NCBI GenBank assembly: GCA_051294375.1
Contig: JBJCIZ010001426.1
Span: 1,863 to 8,289, forward strand
Source of the DNA: Paraspadella gotoi
Taxonomy: Eukaryota > Animalia > Chaetognatha
Length of the DNA stretch: 6,427 nucleotides
Direction of reading: 5' to 3'
The notes beneath the pieces are model-generated. The model was not told the DNA's origin. It ran no database searches and saw only the letters and a program-made list of their open reading frames with translations. This document shows, piece after piece, positions 1 through 6,427 of the stretch. Numbering within the stretch: the stretch's first letter is position 1; each line of letters starts with the position of its first letter. Both the position numbers and the translations under genes were made by a program.

Positions 1-406
1 GTTGAGAGGAGAGGGCTACTGAGCTGACGATGGATGGGTCAGGGATTTCACCTTGTGGAAGAATTCCTAATGCCACTCTTATGTCTCTCTNNNNNNNNNN
101 NNNNNNNNNNNNNNNNNNNNNNNNNNNNNNNNNNNNNNNNNNNNNNNNNNNNNNNNNNNNNNNNNNNNNNNNNNNNNNNNNNNNNNNNNNNNNNNNNNNN
201 NNNNNNNNNNNNNNNNNNNNNNNNNNNNNNNNNNNNNNNNNNNNNNNNNNNNNNNNNNNNNNNNNNACTGCCCTCGTCTCGCCTGCTGACGAGGTGGGCG
301 GTTGTCTGTTCTTGCTGCTTTTGCGACAGGAGTGGTGGACTCCTCTTCTTCCTCCTGTAGTTTTGGTTTGGTCGACGCTCAGCTCACAGAGAAAGGGACT
401 GAGTTG
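1..406 (-). CDS. Possible coding exon fragment of unknown gene, interrupted by N gap
   Basis: GC content is much higher than in the flank. The minus strand is open on both sides of the gap (QLSPFLCELSVDQTKTTGGRRGVHHSCRKSSKNRQPPTSSAGETRA from 406; RDIRVALGILPQGEIPDPSIVSSVALSSQ in 88-2). It is preceded on the minus strand by an acceptor-like CTTAAC-TTCCCCTTC-AAATGTAG (AG at 408-407). No recognisable domain. Confidence 0.35.
91..266. other. Assembly gap, 176 N
   Basis: Run of N seen directly. Confidence 1.
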
Positions 407-420
407 CTACATTTGAAGGG

Positions 421-864
421 GAAGTTAAGTATAATAATTCTGCACAAATGACTTTTAATCTTTGCAAGGATTGATATCGATGTGAAGTGAAACTTGGCAA
501 TGCCCACTATATTTTATTTGTTATACATAAATTTTTAAAATTTTTAAAATTCCAAAAAAATTATTTTTTTATATATTTCTTTTTTTTATACCAAACCTAC
601 GCAGTATAGCCCTAAAGACGAATTTTACTACAGTTTTTCTTTTGTTTTCAATGGATTCTCTAATATATATGTTAATAAATGTATATTTTTATTGCTCACT
701 GTTTTTTGAGGCTGAATAAAAAAATAAATGAATATAATTGATCCTCGAAAAAATTAGTATAGAGAATATTCAGTTTGGGTAACACTTCCGGTCCAGCAGC
801 GTTAAAAACGCTACTTATGGTTTAGGATTTAAAGTGAAGTTAAGTATAATAATTCTGCACAAAT
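421..864 (+). repeat. Exact 29-bp direct repeat pair (421-449 and 836-864)
   Basis: GAAGTTAAGTATAATAATTCTGCACAAAT occurs at both positions, preceded by similar ATTTGAAGGG / ATTTAAAGT. Confidence 0.95.
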
Positions 865-1217
865 TATGTTAATAAAATTTATAAAAAATTACAATTACAA
901 CTGGTTTCTATCATTTAATACAAAGAATTATATTAAAAATCTAATAATTGACGCTCGTGGCACTTTGACGCTTAAAATTACTGACTTAGTCATGAAATTA
1001 TGTTTTTGGCGCCAGTCACGTGACTTTAACGCTTCTGTAACACCCTAGGATAATTTTTTTTTCTTTTGAAACTAATACCAAAAGATAGCCCTTGAAAAGA
1101 CGAATCGATAGACGTGCTCCGTTGAGGTCTACGAACATTTCTCCCGGTCAAAATTGAATCTAATATACATTTAATATAGAAGGAAAAAGAAGCATAATCA
1201 ATTAGTAAAACAGGTTT

Positions 1218-1407
1218 TTTTTTCCATTTAAACTCATTTCCACTCAAACTATTCCATCGAAACTTGATTTCCTGTTCAATCACACACTTTCCTACCCACA
1301 TACAAAATTCCAGGTCAATCAGCCCATCCACTCATGAGCAATTGGTGTTCAAATAGTGAATTTATTTTTATTTTCCATCGAAACTTCATATCCAGCTCAA
1401 TCACACA
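1218..1407 (-). mobile_element. DINE-1/HINE-like core repeats: one core (1218-1349) plus a truncated second core (~1370-1407)
   Basis: TTCCATCGAAACTT...TCAATCACACA recurs with 121-bp spacing (CCATCG at 1254 and 1375). The reverse complement of 1279-1349 aligns by eye to 4038-4111, which follows the hairpin and microsatellite 5' end. Confidence 0.65.
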
Positions 1408-2524
1408 GCCCTGGGTATTGATATCCACGAAAGCTGTAAGGGCATTGGGATCTAATGCCTGCCTTTCAAATTTGAACGCCCGGCGTAATTTACTGCCCCT
1501 ATTGAATACATTACCAATTTATTATATATAATACAGTGTGTGATTGATTCTAGATGGAAGTAGTGGTTTATAAGTCATTCCAAGTAATACTAGGTTGAAC
1601 GAGCGACATTAGACTGCTTGGTCAGATTTGTTGTGAAATAGCCAAATTGAATAGAAAACTCCTCGGCTCTCGAGCCAGAAGCAAGGATTTTGATATCCAA
1701 TGTACGAAGAGTGATGGAGACAGGTTGAAAAAGTATTGTTTGCGCCAAACCTGGAAATCTCATCGCTCGCTGCACTTCACTTTATGAGGCTGTACGGGGG
1801 CCAATAGTGTAGGATTGAGTGAAATGTGTCATTCGCGGAAACTTATTAATATAAATGAGAATTAATTGTTAGTACGGTTGGTAAAACATTATTGAAATAA
1901 ATGGGATAATGAGATACGTTGGACTATGTGAGTGTTTAATCTCGAACTTAGAGTGGGAGGGCCATCTGGGGTGTCATTATGTACTCTGTATACCCTCTTT
2001 ATATTGTCAGGCTCTTTCCTATTTGGCGCCAGGTAAGTTTTAAGTTTTTGGACAGCATATATGGAATTATCGCGACATGTAGTAAGATTGGAAGTAAGAG
2101 GTGCGATGGTATTGTAGGAGCTTGTGGTGTTCTGTTAAGGCAGTGTGATAGCGATGATGCATATTTTGACCTTGCAGTCGCGAAGTGGTTCGTAAGACTC
2201 TGGAGAAGTTGAGTATGACACTTTTAAAATTTGATATAAGAGAGTTGATAACGAGAAATGAGTTTAGGTTTAACAGGACAAGGGGCTAAGGTAAGGTAAG
2301 AAATAAATTAGGTTTTACTCTAAGATATGTTATATTCAGGATGAGAGCGAGAGGATAAGGTGTTGAGATGGCGGTTGAAAGACTGTGGAAAATATTTGTT
2401 GTTCATTTGAGAAAAAGATATAGAAAATTAATGTGGCAGATTGGGAAGTTTCAAAAAACGAATTTTATTGGGTAATGTACTGGGTGTATTAAATGAAGAT
2501 GGGACTATGGAGTGGGAAACTTAA
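1406..2524 (+). pseudogene. Frameshifted ORF2 C-terminus (post-RT region and CCHC zinc knuckle) of L1/Tx1-like LINE
   Basis: Stitched frames give QPWVLISTKAVRALGSNACLSNLN...TLPIYY; L*NSQI (1631-1648, resembling LWxNxxI); LFPIWRQVSFKFL..YGIIAT; CGV/C...MMHILT/C (2123-2175); SREVVRKTLEKL...ERLWKIFVVHLRKRYRKL; GNVLGVLNEDGTMEWET* (TAA 2522-2524). The order and character of these motifs match recalled L1/Tx1 ORF2 ends. Confidence 0.7.
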
Positions 2525-3665
2525 TTAAACAAGTTAGAATTGGTTATTGGAACTTGTTTAATCAATGAGGGTATCTGTGTATTGGGTTATTGAGGGACCA
2601 CATGTAAATAATTTTATGTAGTAGTGTCTGTTATCGGTTTATAACATGATATAGTATTTCTATTTGATGTTGATGTAGGGATTATTCTTGCTCTTGCATT
2701 TTGGTGAAGTAGTTTTTTGTTATTTATTAGTGTCTTAATTTTGTTGTTAGCGTTTCTTTTTGTTTTCATTAGCATCTTTTGTTTTTATTTATTTGTTTAT
2801 TTACAACCTTGAATATGTGTTGATTTGTGACGGTAGTTTGTTATTTCTATTATTTCTATATTAATTATATAGAGCCGTGGTCCCTCTGCCCTTACTCTAA
2901 CAACTCTATACTCATACATTATTATATTATTAACAATTATACATTGATATACATTATTTTGGGTGTATATTTTACACTTTTTGTTGCATTATACACTTAT
3001 TAATGTTTTAAAAACATTTTGTTTTTACACTTTTTAACGTTATTCTAACGTTTTTTGTGTTTTCTTATCCTTTTATATAATGTTTTTGTTTTAATGTTTT
3101 TAAAGATTTTTATCATTTCAATATCTAGACACTTTTTATCGTTAACGTTTTTAAATGTTTCTTTTGAAAAAAAAAATACTTTAACACATTATATTTATAA
3201 ATTTAAAATAAAAAACTATTGCTTCTTCTTGATATTTGACATTTTTCGTTTTTACTTTTTCCGGTTTGTGATTTTTTACATTAGATCCTTGATCGTTAAA
3301 AAAAAAAAATTTCTTCTTTTAGAATAAACTTATCTCCATTTAAAAACAAAAAGGTTTCTTTCTTTTGACGTTTTTAGGCGTTAAACATTTTTCAAACGTT
3401 TCTTTTGAATTGTTAAATGACCTTTGGCTTTTGCCAGTATTTAATGAAGTAAGTTTTTAAACATTTTGGTAATGTTAATATTTTTTGATGTTAGTGTTAT
3501 GTCTTTTAGTCTGTTGGTGTAAGTCTTAGTGCTAGTCTTTTACGCTGTTATTGATACAGTTCCACTCTTTTTTCGATGTTAATGATACGTTGCTATTTTT
3601 GTAATCCATTATGTTAATATCGTTTTTGGTTATTAAAATGTTTCTGATTTAAAATAAAAAAAAAA
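1407..3665 (+). mobile_element. 5'-truncated L1/Tx1-like non-LTR retrotransposon (copy 1)
   Basis: ORF2 C-terminal remnant (1406-2524), T-rich 3' region, and AATAAA (3653-3658) running into A10 (3656-3665). There is an abrupt switch to HINE core repeat on both sides. No target-site duplication seen, so the 3' boundary is inferred from the poly(A). Confidence 0.65.
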
Positions 3666-3676
3666 TGTGACTCATA

Positions 3677-3808
3677 TTTTTTCATTTAAACTCATTTTAC
3701 TCGTACGTTTCCACAGAAACTTTATATCAAGCATCGTTACACCAACATTTTTTCTATCCCACACAAAAATTTGAACTCAATCTATCCATCCAATTATGAT
3801 TAATTAGA
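3677..3808 (-). mobile_element. DINE-1/HINE-like core repeat, diverged copy
   Basis: CATTTAAACTCATTT...TTCCA.AGAAACTT...CCCACA.AAAA.TT...TCAATC...CCATCCA..ATGA..AATT aligns collinearly with 1218-1349. Confidence 0.7.
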
Positions 3809-3859
3809 GTACTTATTGGTTAAAATAAGTAAAGAATATTTTAGTAAAATGCGATTATG

Positions 3860-4111
3860 TTTGTTAGTCGGATCTGCTTTATCAGCAGAATCCCGACTCT
3901 ATAATTACTTTGTCGGTCCGTGTCCGCCGCCCGTCATATTGTCGGCGCACATACTTTATCATTGTCAGAACATCGAACTATGATAAAATTATGCAAAAAA
4001 AAATGTCCGCGTCCGCGTCCCGTCCGACCTTAGCAAAAACACCAATTACTTGTGATTGGATGGATGGATTGAATAAATTTTGCTGTGTTGATAGGTAAGT
4101 GTGTGATGAAG
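3860..4111 (+). mobile_element. 5' part of a DINE-1/HINE-like non-autonomous Helentron
   Basis: T-rich start, then hairpin AGTCGGATCTGCT-ttatc-AGCAGAATCCCGACT (3866-3898), GTCC(G)-type microsatellites (3911-3935, 4004-4028) and a core repeat (4038-4111). This is the known DINE-1/pearl/HINE order. The 3' subTIR and hairpin are not seen because the element runs into the gap. Confidence 0.7.
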
Positions 4112-4136
4112 NNNNNNNNNNNNNNNNNNNNNNNNN
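4112..4136. other. Assembly gap, 25 N
   Basis: Run of exactly 25 N. Confidence 1.
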
Positions 4137-5068
4137 GTGAAAATGAGTTTAAATGAAAAAAATATGAGTCACATTTTTTTATTTTTAAATCAGAAACATT
4201 TTAATAACAAAAACGATATTAACATAATGGAATACAAAAATAGCAACGGTATCATTAACATCGAAAAAAGAGTGGAACTGTATCAATAACAGCGTAAAAG
4301 ACTAGCACTAAGACTTACACCAACAGACTAAAAGACTAACACTAACATCAAAAAATATAACATTACCAAAATGTTAAAAACTACTTCATTAAATACTGCA
4401 AAAGCAAAGGTCATTAACAAATTCAAAAGAAACGTTTAAAAATGTTTAACGCTAAAAACGTCAAAAGAAAGAAACCTTTTTTTTTTAAATGAGATAAGTT
4501 TATTCTAAAAGAAGAAATTTTTTTTTTTTTAACGTTCAAGGATCTAATGTAAAAATCACAAAACCGGAAAAAGTAAAAACGAAAAATGTCAAATATCAAG
4601 AGAAGCAATAGTTTTTATTTTAAATTTATAAATATAATGTGTTAAAGTAATTTTTTTTTTCAAAAGAAACATTTAAAAACGTTAACGATAAAAGTGTCTA
4701 GATATTGAAATGATAAAAATCTTTAAAAACATTAAAAACAAAAACATTATATAAAAGGTAAAGAAAACAAAAACGTTAGAATAACGTTAAAAGTGTAAAA
4801 CAAAATGTTTTAAAACATTATAAGTGTATAATGCACAAAAAGTGTAAAATATACACCCAAAAATAATGTATAATGTATAATTGTAATAATATAATAATGT
4901 ATGAGTATAAGTTGTTAGAGTAAAGGGCAGAGGGACCACGGCTCTAATAATTAATAATAGAAATAATAGAAATAACAAACTACCGTCACAAATCAACACA
5001 TATTCAAAGGTTGTAAATAAAACAAATAAATAAAAACAAAAGATGCTAATGAAAACAAAAAGAAACGC
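4137..5068 (-). repeat. Inverted duplicate of 2750-3700 (LINE 3' region, poly(A), and ~35 bp of 3' flank)
   Basis: Continuous reverse-complement match, e.g. GAGTCACATTTTTTTATTTT (4166) vs 3651-3673, and AGATGCTAATGAAAACAAAAAGAAACGC (5041-5068) vs 2750-2777. Differences are mostly homopolymer or 1-bp indels. Confidence 0.97.
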
Positions 5069-6427
5069 AGCCCTGGGTATTGATATCCACGAAAGCTGTA
5101 AGTGGATTGGGAGTCAATGCCTCCTTTCAAATTTGACCACCGGGTAATTGTATGCCTATTGAATAATTACCAATTTATTAATATAATACAAGTGTGTGAT
5201 TGATTCAGAATGGAGTAATGGTTTAAAAAGTCATTCAAGTAATACTAGGTTGAACGAGGAATTAAGACTGTTGGTCAATATGTGTTGTTGATATAGCCAA
5301 TTGATAGAAAGGACTCCTCGCTCTCGAGAGAAGAAGGATTATCTATGTATATTCAATGTACGAAGAGTGAGGGACAGGTTGTGAAAAGTATTGTTGTGTG
5401 CGCCAAACCTGGAAATTACATGGCTCGGCTTGACTTCACTTATTGTATGGACATGTACGAGGGGCCAAATAGGTAGGATTGAGTGAAATTGTCATTAGCA
5501 GGAAACTTATAATATAAATTGAGAATTAATTGTTAGTGTGTAAACTTATGAATAATGGGAAAGAGTACGTTGACTATGTTGAGTGTTTAAATCTCGAGAT
5601 AGAGTGGGAGGGCCATCTGGGGTGCATTATGTACTCTGATACCGTCTTTATACTATGTAGGTCTTCTATTTGGCGCCAGGTAAGTTAATTTTGAACCCAG
5701 CATATATGGGAAATTAGCGTCATGTAGTAAGATCTGGAAGTGAGAGAGTGTGGATGGTATTTGTGGAGGCTTGTGGTGTTTGTTAAGGCATGTGAATAGC
5801 GATGATGCAAGTATTGTGACTTGCATCGCGAGTGGTTCTAAGACTCTGGAGAAGATTGAGTATTGACACTTAATTAAAATTTGATATAATGAGAGTTTGA
5901 TACGAAATGAGTTTAGGATTTAACGAGGAAGCAAGGGGCTAAGGTAAAACGGTAACGAAATAAAGTTTAGGTTTACTCTAAGAGATATGTTATATCTCAG
6001 GATGAGAGCGAGAGTGAGTAGGTGTTGGATTGGCGGTTGAAAGACTGTGGAAAATAATTTGTTTGTTCTTTGAGAAAGATATAGAAAATTAAGTGGCAGA
6101 TTGGGGAAGTTTTCAGAAAAACGACATTTTACTCTTGGGTAATGTACCTTGGGTGATATTAAAAGAAGATGGGACTATGGAGTGGGGAAACTTAATTAAA
6201 ACAAGTTAGAAATTGGTTATTGGAACTTGTTTAATCAATGAGGGTATTGGATTGGGGTATTAGGGACCACATGTAAATAATTTTATTATGTAGTAGTGTA
6301 CTGTTATCGGTTGTTAAAACATGATATAGTATTTTCTATTTGATGTGATGTACGGATGGTATTCTTGCTTCTGCATTTTCGTGAAGTAGTTTTTTGTGTT
6401 ATTTATTAGTGTCTTAATTTGTTGTTA
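5069..6427 (+). repeat. Direct duplicate of 1407-2749 (LINE ORF2 remnant), indel-rich
   Basis: Starts AGCCCTGGGTATTGATATCCACGAAAGCTGTAAG (=1407) and ends GTCTTAATTTGTTGTTA (=2749). Collinear throughout with many small indels. Confidence 0.97.

Noticed and set aside
30-416. Plus-strand ORFs of 128 aa and 108 aa
   Set aside because: Their length comes from the N gap, and the minus strand looks more coding-like.
421-864. 29-bp repeats as a CRISPR array or LTRs
   Set aside because: Only two copies 415 bp apart, eukaryotic context, no cas genes, and no TG...CA ends, PBS or PPT.
1026-1331. Minus-strand 101-aa ORF (also 866-1048 and 3910-4098)
   Set aside because: Chance ORFs across non-coding HINE cores, microsatellite or AT-rich sequence, with no domain features.
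1410-2060. Minus-strand RT-like words (EPDNI, QFGY, AFVDI), including ORF 1590-1775
   Set aside because: Weak matches with no YADD or YRPISL motif. The plus strand gives a more coherent ORF2 C-terminal motif order.
2287-2475. In-frame TAA codons as a sign of a TAA=Gln code or RIP
   Set aside because: Only one is clearly shared by both copies, and one disappears with a frameshift. Ordinary decay or sequencing error is sufficient.
1407-2751. Segment A as a recombinase-flipped invertible cassette, or AGC as a 3-bp TSD
   Set aside because: No inverted recombination sites at the ends and no recombinase. A 3-bp match is expected by chance, and the right breakpoint lies inside the inferred LINE.
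3055-4999. Hydrophobic F/L/I/K-rich ORFs (3055-3327, 4423-4608, 4787-4999)
   Set aside because: Compositional artifacts of T-rich sequence. The frames are not preserved between the two duplicate copies.
2750-5068. Long inverted arms as TIRs of a Foldback/Mutator/Polinton element
   Set aside because: The arms are LINE 3' sequence, begin mid-element, have no TSD and abut an assembly gap.

Overview
AT-rich, repeat-dense eukaryotic (probably invertebrate) draft sequence with two N gaps (91-266, 176 N; 4112-4136, 25 N) and no intact gene. The main element is a 5'-truncated, frameshifted L1/Tx1-like non-LTR retrotransposon (+ strand, ~1407-3665). It keeps the post-RT part of ORF2 with a CCHC knuckle, a long T-rich 3' region and an AATAAA/poly(A) end, and it sits among core repeats of a DINE-1/HINE-like (non-autonomous Helentron) family whose hairpin and GTCC-microsatellite 5' end is at ~3860-4030. 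After the 25-N gap the same sequence recurs: 2750-3700 is inverted at 4137-5068 and 1407-2749 is direct at 5069-6427. The second copy is therefore a LINE with a precisely inverted 5' part, the geometry produced by twin priming. The copies differ mostly by single-base indels, so a long-read gap-filling artifact is at least as likely as real biology. A possible minus-strand host exon lies at 1-406. I cannot support a claim of a new biological system; the leads are the inversion junction and possible LINE targeting of the HINE repeat. All calls are by eye, with no database searches.
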